From a virus: a DNA stretch of 64,000 nt. The translations under genes were made by a program, and so were the position numbers. Under the pieces are notes generated by a model. It was not told where the DNA came from. It was given only the letters and a program-made list of their open reading frames with translations, and did not search any database. Positions 27,601 to 35,482 of the stretch are shown here, piece by piece (the stretch's first letter is position 1; each line of letters begins with the position of its first letter). The stretch covers positions 60,056 to 124,055 of IMG/VR virus record IMGVR_UViG_3300010885_017276, one strand, 5' to 3'.

Positions 27601-29402
27601 CTGCTTATTTTGGAGTATATTTTGTATTTTTCGTTTACGTCTGGTAATTTATTTTTATCAAAGTCTGCTCTTAGGTCTCTATACTCTGATTGTTTTGCGG
27701 AATCATAAGTTTCTAATCTTAAACCCATAGTATCAATATAATCTTGTAGATCTTGTTTACTAAAATCTTCATTATTAACTAACTTATGGTATATTCTAGA
27801 TGTCTTTATATTATTCGCATACTTAAGACCGTTTTGTATTTTTGGCAGTTTTTTGTATGCCTCGTCTGCCTGCTCTTTGGATAAAGCCTGTCCTGCATCT
27901 GTGCCTTTTAGTTCGGATATATCGCTACCATCGTATCTAATAGTAATGGTAGGTTCTAATGTTTTGTCTAAGAATAGATAAAAATCTCCTTTTGGTAAAT
28001 AGCTAGAAGCCATACCCCCACCAGTACACCAAGGGTTTGAAGACATAACTTTAGCTACCTTTTTACTAACTAATGTTAAGGCTTTTATATCACCTTCTTC
28101 ACTAGATTTATTGAACTTTACCCAATAGCCATTCTCAGTCTCTTCTTCAATTCTGTCTTTGATTAAATCCCAAGTTTCTTCTCTTGTGATAAAAGCTTTA
28201 TCTGTGTGTTTGTCAATAAGTTTTATTGGATGTGTATCACTTCCGTTTTTTAAGTCCTGGTATACATTTGGCAATACCATAGAAGATAGTTCTTGGTGAT
28301 TACCCACAGTCATTGAATTTCTTTTTGCTTTCTCTCCGGGAATTGTTCTTGTTACATTACCGTTGTCATCTAAAACCTCTATGTCTTTAGCTACGTTACC
28401 CTTCAAGGTAAGAGCAACCATCATATATTTAAACTCTGCTGAATAATCAGAAGATGGTATTATATACTCCAAAGAAGAGACTAAATTAGCTCTTTGTATA
28501 CCCTGTAAGTTTTTTATATTTTCAGATATAGCATAGCTGTTACCATCTATAAGAGCTTGTATGGACTCTTTTTCTGCTTCTGTTACAGCTCTTTTTAAAG
28601 AGGACTGCAAGAAACTAGGAGATAGTTCTTGTATGTAAAAGTCATTTGTGTTTGCAGCTCTATCTTTAATCTCTAGAAGTCTTCTATTAATTTCAGCTGT
28701 TATTTTTTCTTGGTTACCTAAAGAAGATAATTTTGTAGTATAGCCTAAGAATCCAAAAGTTTCTTCTAAGTCTAATAAAGAGGACATGATGTAATTATCT
28801 TTAGCTATACCTAAGTTTTTGATATATTTAGGCTGTACTGTTTGGTAATCTACTGTGGTGCCTTCTTCTGTTACCCCGGAAAAGTCTTTGATTAATTGAT
28901 CAGATAAACCAGATAGTTCTGAAATAGAGTTTGGCACATCTTTCAAGAACTCTTGCACATTGCTTACAGTTCTTATAGCCATACTTCTCTTTAACTGCTC
29001 TACAGTTTTTCCTAGTCTCTTTGCAATATTAGTATAGATTATATTTGCAACTTTTTCTAGTGTATCTGCTTGGTCATCAGAGATTTTCTCTACTTTTTTA
29101 AGTTCGTTAGCTATAGATGTATCCCAGTTACCTTTGTCTTCTAAAACTTCCTCCTGCACAGGAGTTAGTGCAGATGGTTCTACTGAAGATACGATACCTT
29201 GATTAAAAGAGTTTATTTTGTCTTGTGATATAGACTTAAAATCCTCCAGTTCAGTCAAGGCATAAAGATTTAAGGCGGCATTTTTATTACCGCCTGTCAT
29301 CTCTGCTAATGTATCAAATAATTTACTTCTGTTTCCGTCTGGTGTTTGTACAAAGTCAATTTCACCTTTTTCATCTCTGAAAATTCTACAGTTTAATGCC
29401 AT
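21687..29402 (-). CDS. Polyvalent protein: WCT domain, beta-solenoid, HExxH metallopeptidase-like, RadC/JAB, degenerate JAB, GNAT
   Basis: PWCTGG..GDFY; about 700 aa of solenoid repeats; VHELAH; HNHPSGNLNPSAAD; LDHIV; KGNGNA...FYNSLGF. Confidence 0.8.
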   Translation of the reverse strand: MALNCRIFRDEKGEIDFVQTPDGNRSKLFDTLAEMTGGNKNAALNLYALTELEDFKSISQDKINSFNQGIVSSVEPSALTPVQEEVLEDKGNWDTSIANELKKVEKISDDQADTLEKVANIIYTNIAKRLGKTVEQLKRSMAIRTVSNVQEFLKDVPNSISELSGLSDQLIKDFSGVTEEGTTVDYQTVQPKYIKNLGIAKDNYIMSSLLDLEETFGFLGYTTKLSSLGNQEKITAEINRRLLEIKDRAANTNDFYIQELSPSFLQSSLKRAVTEAEKESIQALIDGNSYAISENIKNLQGIQRANLVSSLEYIIPSSDYSAEFKYMMVALTLKGNVAKDIEVLDDNGNVTRTIPGEKAKRNSMTVGNHQELSSMVLPNVYQDLKNGSDTHPIKLIDKHTDKAFITREETWDLIKDRIEEETENGYWVKFNKSSEEGDIKALTLVSKKVAKVMSSNPWCTGGGMASSYLPKGDFYLFLDKTLEPTITIRYDGSDISELKGTDAGQALSKEQADEAYKKLPKIQNGLKYANNIKTSRIYHKLVNNEDFSKQDLQDYIDTMGLRLETYDSAKQSEYRDLRADFDKNKLPDVNEKYKIYSKISSNREYTSVNTITGFDIQENQLIIGDLTIYTSDEKDIVTLPNGLKVTGDITIYNASEIIIGDNVSATDIEFETSDKFKNLMSSIKIGKNFYSKKTINIKNVASFEIGDNYETEALRVKNSKDLKLKLGNSGKVNGFFGLENVVFKDDFILPKLGEAIIKIENSYFKNLIIEDNSVLTDFSLDGSNISGNLVIGNGCVFKDVFQYDRSFKAKGVKFLENLHFERGLSISTIPITDSTIPKSTRIDGALRIDDSKISKDFVIPSSIGEIFLAGSKIEKGFSIPKYAGCGFSAINTTFEDFTLLENNMLESVYINKCYLNKGFQLPNDSNSRMGITISESNLPKGAIPNGMKNSSTIQLSLCDFEEGFTIPDNVDFKILNIADFPGLDGLPKSFSIPSTAKISELFLNQVHLRNDLNITNGAQIKRLILTNAPIIENFTIGKSSSLEEVILHDITFDGKFNIEKGTKLKKFSSHNGRGLLVIEPDVQIDDLSFKGTGLWSNSNTALRISKGAKINRIALENLIKLDIESEAKIGMLPGEGADKEGFAIFEKIKEFNVGNNVVFYNTVDFQSIYFGDSNFGRGTLFGSTTTFEKCGGMEKIKDAYFLRTVNFENTDIDFIPENADFIVRFISSDRAIAVIDIPDNSVIKADIVIQDSDINKNNRVLNIGKNVTFLYDLQFDNCTIEIPENELLPPTTKIDKKLRIVNSAVKVPNLLSSTRFDVSSDRFDVSIDKQDRRGAIVRTEESTLILLDKNNADVTTPVHELAHKYEDVLTTQEVKIVEDWSGHKKGTKQFREAFAKGAERYIYEGANLNGDIDGIFKRLKDWFFEVIKDAIAYFGDINELNPGIKDIYSKMLLDSKNKKSALSKPKRAKEYEGRSTTATTESGVSYLSESGDVDYDSRDGIQWEGDKINGVFRSVKGIWNKSKDLQFTGTTRVKNAADVAEIMSLLENKSVEHAFAVHTDAKGKSHIQFLSVGGSTGTVIDPGLVLSGVNKFKSKKVYLVHNHPSGNLNPSAADSEITSRVASGLKELNISLEHVIMDTYSKQYTILDEFGLTSAKGVARVETEGKKENLTTYTLNEQEILSEPLGKVAGAEDSANVIQQFRFSAMPKNAALILDQNNKIIGNYVFQDGIEYEELTSFIGEFGIAKSVIFYGNQDNFSSVKDISRKLEKFSITVLDHIVTASNNDIVKGYYTSAQRSGLLSEVQEKYGTNSVEDNRVEEPKVQTTTTSSSNVRKPVVDMNGARVFAADRINPITGEDTGQIELQLLESDNKGNGNARKAAEAFLKYTDSIGKDVYLAVSSRDGGITDEDKLGDFYNSLGFRNTSGFEMIRKARPVSPKGFDKNGEPDASTVLQFNSAKTEALENEEVMDVQNAMLGFGLTNSKDLYTSLMKALSTKGVVTFSRMKLERSKMYNDYEIDMILNSPDIQRNIRETLLKLRNTEEFSVEYNPIFVIPMSSELTSLGKQRSSNPFEIEREIADAVSDVAPEEIPANLDGVLAERYAQDKEFKALVDDLNKTTKSVPVKTVINGELVDKLPSTIGSIANTITDDYNGSMSENIDFLNSSIRKETWEESRNAIGKILNKIKKDAAKNGIDLRDLATKAITHSREDVLDFLNAMEDVLVEPSEQTLSTFADMYNAMFDITEPSKELIITDNMSDVFLDAENTEYELFRDHSLVKKQDGVYRIVTEQSLEDMYDSMMENVDLLPGNITSVEDLKNYVSKTISKLEIPDFQVDSELLEKMLLYKMYFGFPLVINTKKVSTQGLTDLTMDPEMLKDDFIKDFNKWILETNNKYFTVTERGIELIANDEINKSEAILSLPEEFKESLAQYDVLSRTLKLGLESQEKAGEYIDSQKEKRQDVVNNPESVKKLKGNYTYLEDGVMATKNETETFVRTPVGVFEMIYQFGNVKFYNKLPDVDTDYKLTDIEKPLSDIDFSQYQHLENSPEIFKESKQYYTKKELEQINNEYFNCK

Positions 29403-29422
29403 TATTATGTTTTATTTTTATG

Positions 29423-29454
29423 CAAAATTACGAAATTACTTTTATATATCCAAA
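29423..29454 (-). promoter_or_regulatory. Bacteroidota-type promoter
   Basis: Minus strand TTTG-N20-TAATTTTG. Confidence 0.75.
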
Positions 29455-29474
29455 TTTGTTAACTTTTTTATTCA

Positions 29475-32400
29475 TTAACAATCCTCTAGATCATCTATAA
29501 TAGTTTCAACTTTAGCTCTGTATTCTGGACTTACTTTTACTAACTCTCTTAGCAAGGCTACAACCTTTGGATGATCCAAGAAGTCGTACTCTTTTGCTGT
29601 CAAAGTATTATTTATAAACTTATCTAGTATCTCCGAAGCTTTTTCATCTGTAAAGTTTATTCTCCAGTCTTTTACTGAACTAGTAAGTCCGTTTGGGCTC
29701 AAATCAATAATAGGTTTAGGTGAAGACAAAGGATTGTCTGTCATGTCTACAGCTATAGAAGCATCGTTTACTAGGTCCTCTGCTGAATAGGCTTGACTCA
29801 TCCATTCCTTTACATCTGCTGTTTGTTCTACCTTATTTAGGTCAGCTATAGCTTGTTGTAAGTTTCTAGTTATGTTTCCTTCTTGGTCAAACAGTGTTTG
29901 ATTCTCCATATCTAAGAAATGTAAATCATACTTTGTTGTAGAAAGTCCGTTGTCAACTAGCATTTGGTTTAGCTCTAAAGACAAGGATGCTAAGTTTTTA
30001 CCATCTCCTTTTTGGAACTCATCAACCATACTATTCAAGAACGCATCTCCTATGTTATTATTTGTCTTTTTAAGATTCAAGGGGAAAGCAAACAAATACT
30101 GTCCTTGTCTCATTACAACTACAGGAGTTCCGTTCTTATTCAAGAATTTACTAACGTAGTCCTTTCTAACTTTTGTAGTCTTACCGTCCTTAAGCACAAG
30201 CTTTCCGTTTTGTATGTAACCATAGGTTACTACTTTTTTAGGCTCTATCTCAAAGTATTTTATTTTACCATCTTCATACACAAAGTTTGGTGTTCCTAGA
30301 AGTAGGTGTTTAACTTTTGTTTGTATCGGTAACTCTAAATTAGTACCACTTACAGCTACCCCTCCTTCAAGAGCCAATTTTACTGCGTTTAATGCAGCCA
30401 GTCTAACTCTCAAAAATCCAGGACTGTCTGAAATGTCATAGTTAGCCTTCAGATCGCTTAATTTATTTCCTCGGTAGTCTGTGGCATTTATCTTGATATT
30501 GTCCATTAGATCTTTACCTAGCTCTTCCTCAGTCTTTGCATTAGGTACACCGTCTTCAATATCTTGTAATCCTTGTTGGTAACCTTCGATTAATATCTGG
30601 TTGTACTCATTCTCAAGGTCTACTGAAAATAACACAGGTTCTCCCGGTAGCATTTCGTATAGTTGGCTTGGTGTATAGGTATTAGAGTCCTTGAAGTCTG
30701 TACTAAGATTCTTGTTAGTTTTTAGATCATACACAACCCCATATCCGCCATTGTTATATAGCTTTATGTTGTTGGTCTGTAGACTAGCTTGGTTAAATAT
30801 GTTTTGGTATTCTGCCTTACTTTTGAAAAGTAGTCTACCACCTTTGTCTATTCTAATTACTGCTGAACTACCATCTTCTAATACCACTGTGAACTTAGCA
30901 CCAACCTTGGCAAGAGTCTCTAGGTCTGTCAAAGACAAGTTATCCTTAGAGCTTTTTACAATCTCCTTGTTGCCTTTGGTTTCTACTTGTTCGTATCTTA
31001 TAGTATCTAAGGCTAGTCTTTTTAATAACCCGGCCAAAGTCAAGTGTGATACAGAGGTTCCATTTTTGGTTTGAGATACAAACACATTTTCGTAAGTCTG
31101 AAGAATCTCTCCATTTCTTATAGGTTCCCCTTCATCTGTTATTGAAGGATTTGGGTCTACCGCTGTTTGTAGTTCTACGTCTGTAAGTTCAACATCTGGT
31201 ATTACTGGAACGGTCTGTGACCTTGCAATATCTTGCATTATCATTTCTGCTATGGATACTCCATCCTTACTTCCGTAAGCTTCTAGTAATCTCCAATTTG
31301 CAAATTTCTCGTTAAGTTCTTGCAGTCTTAATACCTCTTCTTTTGACAAAGATACCAAGTTTTTTCCTAACTGTGGTAAGGTACTATTTCCATAAGGACT
31401 CTTAAATGAGATAGTTTTGTTGTTTATTTTTGGATCATTTATAGCTCTCTCGGCCAAAGCTTGAAACTCTAACATCTCAGCTTCAGACGGCATTTTAGGA
31501 GTGGTTTCTGTACCGTAGTACTCCATTAAATAGGGGCTATTCTTGATAAGGTTGGCAATAAAATCTTTTATAGAAGTTTTTACCTCTGCTACATTAGTAG
31601 ACTCTAGTTGATATCTTTTATTAATCTCATCTATCTTAGCTTGCTTTTCCTTTTCTAGCTTTTCTATTTCTTTTGCATTGCCTTCTGCTTCACTTTGTGC
31701 ATTAGTAGCAGCAGTTGCTGCAGCCGCATTAGCTTGTTTTAAGCTATCTAATAAAGGAGTGATTAATTTATCATACCTGTCATATATTTCATTATACTGG
31801 TCTAGGACAGCAGTAGTCATCATGGTCTTATCTACCTTACCATTAATAACTTTATAGTCTTCTATATTAGGTATTTTAGAAAGCATTTCGTTTTGCTCCT
31901 GCTCTCTTAAATCTGCTATTTGCTGTTGTATATTTTGAGGAGTGGCTGCTATATTAGACAATTCGCTACTTAATAAAGCTAAGGTACTATTAACGTGATC
32001 ATAGAACTCATTGGAGTCAGTATTTTTACCAGCCGGTTTTGTAGGTAAGTTCATAGTATCGTTAAAAGCTTCTAAATCTGCTTTACCATCACTTAAAAAT
32101 CCTATTCCGTCCTTTAATCTACCGTTACCGTTATTCTCTCTGCTTTCAATAGTCCCTATTCCCTCATTAAGTATCTTAGAAAGCTTCTCAAATAATTGGA
32201 ATCCGTAACTATTATTTATTTGTTCTTCTGAACCTTTGTTTATCCACCCTTTCTCTACTCCAATCCCAAATACTGCATACCAATTGCCGGCTTTTACATT
32301 TTTCTTACCTGCTTGTCCAGTACTGATATAAAAAGGTATGTTGTATTTACCTATTTTCATCATTACCATTACTCTATCAGAGTAATCGACTACGTTGTAT

Positions 32401-35400
32401 TCTTGACCATTAATATTAATTGGAGATAGTAAATTATTACTTCTTAACCAATCTAGTTTTTCATTTAGGGTAGTTAGTTTATTTAACTCTGCTACTATAG
32501 TGGCTACTGGTGTAGATACCAAACTAATATTAGACTCTGATTGTTGAACAGGAGCTTGTTGTTTTTTTAACTCTGCTATCTTGTCATCGTACTCTTGTGT
32601 TACTTTGGCAATAGCTTCGTCTCTCTTGGCTTGTTTTTCTTCTCTTGTGGGTTTTTTAATAGAGTCCCCGACTTGTGCTGTTTCGGTTTCCTCTTCGTCT
32701 TGCCCGGCCTTTTCTATTACTTCTTTTACAGGTTCAGCAGTTTCTATCTTATTGATAAACTCCTCTACCCCTCTCTCTTGCATACTATCTAGCACACCTT
32801 GTAAAAACTCAGCTGTCATCAAGTTAGGTGACTTGTCTGAGTATATTTCTGAGATGATGTTTCTCTTGCCTCTTAACCCAAGTTTTGGATCAGATAGTTG
32901 TCTAGCTAAATCAGCATATCTTTTGAATGCATAGATAGACTTACCATACTCGCTTACTAACTTTTGTAGTTTTAGTGCTTGTTGTGGGTCTATCTTTTTA
33001 TGCTCTTGAATTAACTCCTTTATTCTTTGTATGTTGTTCTCTCTGTTTTGTAGGGTAGTAGATGTTATTATTAACTCGTCTACATCTTTACCGAAAGGGT
33101 TTGTTAGATTAGCTGTTTTTATCAACAGTCTGTACTCAGTGGTTAGTTGCTCTTTTTCAGTTTCTAACTGAGCCATTCTAGTTCTAACACCATCAATCTT
33201 GTTTAGTGCATTTCTTCTACTTTCAGGGTCAGAAATAGTACTAATAGTATTTTCTAACTGCTTGTACTCTTGCTCTAAGCTAACTCTTTCTTTTTCAAGT
33301 TTTACAATTTGCTTTTCTGTATTCTTAGCTTTAGTTTGAGTTTCTTTACCGGCTTTTAACAAGGTATCCTCAATAGATAAAGCTGTTGAGATTTCTTCTC
33401 CCAAAGTTTTACCAACTTCATTTTTTATAGATGTCAGCAAGTCTTGAGAGAACCCATGAACTTTTTCTCCAAGAGTCAATTCGTAAGCAACAGCATCCTT
33501 AATGGCTGACATACTTACTTTGTCAAGTTTTGCTTTTTCTTCTTTTGTTAGATTGTCATTCAAGTAGTACTCAGCAAACTCTCTATTTTTGGTGTAAGTT
33601 TTTGTAGTATCCTTGTACTCATCAATCATCTTTTGCTTCAAATCTTCAGCACCTTGTTCATCTACTTTGTACTCTTTCATTATAGACTCATTGTCTATAT
33701 TCTTGATAGCTGCCTCTGTTTGTTTTACAGTTTCATCTGTGTACTCTAAGTTATGTGCATGTGAAATTTGAGCTATTATCGAAGATTGTCTTGATAACTC
33801 TCCCCCGGTAACATCTCCTGTTTTTCTTGCGTTATCTATTCCCTCTCCGGCTGCTTGTGATCTACCTGCGTATGCAATAGTCTGAGCCATTTTGTTTGGG
33901 GAGTAGTTGCTATCGTAGAAAGCCTCTAAATTTTTTACTTTTTGCTCTTCTTGAACAAACTCGCCTCTAAGGCTTTTATTTTTATAGGCACTAATACCTG
34001 TACCAGTCAATAGACCGATAAGCATACCAATACCTACCTCTTTCATTCCTTCTTTTGTGCCATAGGTATCCGACAAACCTTGTGTAAAGGCATCACCTAT
34101 TTGCATTGTATTGTGTAAGTACTTGGGGTCGTATGTAGATTTGATCCAGTTTTTAGCTGTATTTTGACCAACAGACTGCATACCCTCTTCCCATAGACCT
34201 TCTATTAAGGCACTCTCTCCAAGGTTCCAGCCGTATTGAGCTGCTTTTTGGAATTTAGTAGCTGTTTTGGCTACTATTTTGCCTTCAACACTCTCTAGAC
34301 CAATCCCAAATATTTTAGAATTTGCCCATTTTGAAGAGGCCGAAAGTGGACTACTCATATCAAATATTCTACCGATAGTCATCAAGTTAGATGAACCAAC
34401 AATAGCCATATTGTAACCGTACAAAGCATTAGCTGAATTTGTCAAGTCTTTGTCAAACTCATCTAACTCTTTTTGTGTGGGTTTTCTGTTATTCTTAGAT
34501 TCAAAATCCTCTAAGAAATTATCTTTGCTTTCTCGTATATAAGTACGAGCCTCCATACCAGATTCAAATCCTGCTGAAGTGTATGTAAATCTTGCTACGT
34601 TGGCTAGTTTTCCTGCTTTACCAAATGCCGTTGCCATACCTACAGGTAGTTTGGCATTTGCATAGGTTTGTAATATTGGTTTAGAAGCTATACTTCTAGC
34701 CTCTGCCATAGCTGTCATCTTACTAAGACCTCTTTCTAATCTAGACCCCGATGCGGCAAATCTTTCAAGTTTAGCACCTAATCTAGCTGCACTAGTAGCC
34801 ACTGCTGCTCCTCCTGTTGCATAGTCCCAGATAACTTCAGAGCCAATGGCAGAAACTGTAAATGCCGCACCACCTAGTACGTCCTTAGCCCAAAAATTAG
34901 CTGTACCCATAGACTCAAAAAAGCCCATGTCCTTTTCCTCTTTGGTATAATAGTTAGGCAGCTTGTAATCCATTTTCTCATTAAGGTCATCAATATAGTT
35001 ATTGAACTGGTTATCGTAAGTGGCTCTAAAGCTTCCTTGTTTTACCCCCTCATAGATACCATTTACTGTGCCAACCGTGCCTCCAATTATACCTGTACCA
35101 ACCTGCCCTGCAAATTTAGTTAAACCATTTATCCACTTATCTGCTGTACTTTGTGTTTGGCCTGCGTACTCTGCATTATCTACACCTACCTTATAATCAT
35201 CATATTTTTTTATAACAGAGCCATCACGCATGGTTGCATAAGCATCCTGTACGTTGTAGTTTTTTTCATAAAAAGATAATTTTTCAGGTCCTCCTATCTC
35301 AGTGCCAAAAGCCAAACCATTATCCGGGTTAAAATCTTCCGGTTGGTCTGGCAATTTTTGTCTTTTTGGATCTGTGTAACTACTTCTTATATCCCCAATA

Positions 35401-35480
35401 ATACTCTCTAGTCCTGTAGCTGGAGCAGCAGAAAATCCTTGTGCTTCAACTCTTCCTAATTCTTTGTAGTAATCTTCCAT
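29475..35480 (-). CDS. Very large putative ejection protein (Gly/Ala-rich membrane-like N-terminal helices, coiled coils)
   Basis: GTGIIGGTVG and GIGMLIGLLTG helices; EGLWEEGMQ motif; located among crAss-like cargo genes. Confidence 0.7.
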   Translation of the reverse strand: MEDYYKELGRVEAQGFSAAPATGLESIIGDIRSSYTDPKRQKLPDQPEDFNPDNGLAFGTEIGGPEKLSFYEKNYNVQDAYATMRDGSVIKKYDDYKVGVDNAEYAGQTQSTADKWINGLTKFAGQVGTGIIGGTVGTVNGIYEGVKQGSFRATYDNQFNNYIDDLNEKMDYKLPNYYTKEEKDMGFFESMGTANFWAKDVLGGAAFTVSAIGSEVIWDYATGGAAVATSAARLGAKLERFAASGSRLERGLSKMTAMAEARSIASKPILQTYANAKLPVGMATAFGKAGKLANVARFTYTSAGFESGMEARTYIRESKDNFLEDFESKNNRKPTQKELDEFDKDLTNSANALYGYNMAIVGSSNLMTIGRIFDMSSPLSASSKWANSKIFGIGLESVEGKIVAKTATKFQKAAQYGWNLGESALIEGLWEEGMQSVGQNTAKNWIKSTYDPKYLHNTMQIGDAFTQGLSDTYGTKEGMKEVGIGMLIGLLTGTGISAYKNKSLRGEFVQEEQKVKNLEAFYDSNYSPNKMAQTIAYAGRSQAAGEGIDNARKTGDVTGGELSRQSSIIAQISHAHNLEYTDETVKQTEAAIKNIDNESIMKEYKVDEQGAEDLKQKMIDEYKDTTKTYTKNREFAEYYLNDNLTKEEKAKLDKVSMSAIKDAVAYELTLGEKVHGFSQDLLTSIKNEVGKTLGEEISTALSIEDTLLKAGKETQTKAKNTEKQIVKLEKERVSLEQEYKQLENTISTISDPESRRNALNKIDGVRTRMAQLETEKEQLTTEYRLLIKTANLTNPFGKDVDELIITSTTLQNRENNIQRIKELIQEHKKIDPQQALKLQKLVSEYGKSIYAFKRYADLARQLSDPKLGLRGKRNIISEIYSDKSPNLMTAEFLQGVLDSMQERGVEEFINKIETAEPVKEVIEKAGQDEEETETAQVGDSIKKPTREEKQAKRDEAIAKVTQEYDDKIAELKKQQAPVQQSESNISLVSTPVATIVAELNKLTTLNEKLDWLRSNNLLSPININGQEYNVVDYSDRVMVMMKIGKYNIPFYISTGQAGKKNVKAGNWYAVFGIGVEKGWINKGSEEQINNSYGFQLFEKLSKILNEGIGTIESRENNGNGRLKDGIGFLSDGKADLEAFNDTMNLPTKPAGKNTDSNEFYDHVNSTLALLSSELSNIAATPQNIQQQIADLREQEQNEMLSKIPNIEDYKVINGKVDKTMMTTAVLDQYNEIYDRYDKLITPLLDSLKQANAAAATAATNAQSEAEGNAKEIEKLEKEKQAKIDEINKRYQLESTNVAEVKTSIKDFIANLIKNSPYLMEYYGTETTPKMPSEAEMLEFQALAERAINDPKINNKTISFKSPYGNSTLPQLGKNLVSLSKEEVLRLQELNEKFANWRLLEAYGSKDGVSIAEMIMQDIARSQTVPVIPDVELTDVELQTAVDPNPSITDEGEPIRNGEILQTYENVFVSQTKNGTSVSHLTLAGLLKRLALDTIRYEQVETKGNKEIVKSSKDNLSLTDLETLAKVGAKFTVVLEDGSSAVIRIDKGGRLLFKSKAEYQNIFNQASLQTNNIKLYNNGGYGVVYDLKTNKNLSTDFKDSNTYTPSQLYEMLPGEPVLFSVDLENEYNQILIEGYQQGLQDIEDGVPNAKTEEELGKDLMDNIKINATDYRGNKLSDLKANYDISDSPGFLRVRLAALNAVKLALEGGVAVSGTNLELPIQTKVKHLLLGTPNFVYEDGKIKYFEIEPKKVVTYGYIQNGKLVLKDGKTTKVRKDYVSKFLNKNGTPVVVMRQGQYLFAFPLNLKKTNNNIGDAFLNSMVDEFQKGDGKNLASLSLELNQMLVDNGLSTTKYDLHFLDMENQTLFDQEGNITRNLQQAIADLNKVEQTADVKEWMSQAYSAEDLVNDASIAVDMTDNPLSSPKPIIDLSPNGLTSSVKDWRINFTDEKASEILDKFINNTLTAKEYDFLDHPKVVALLRELVKVSPEYRAKVETIIDDLEDC

Positions 35481-35482
35481 TC

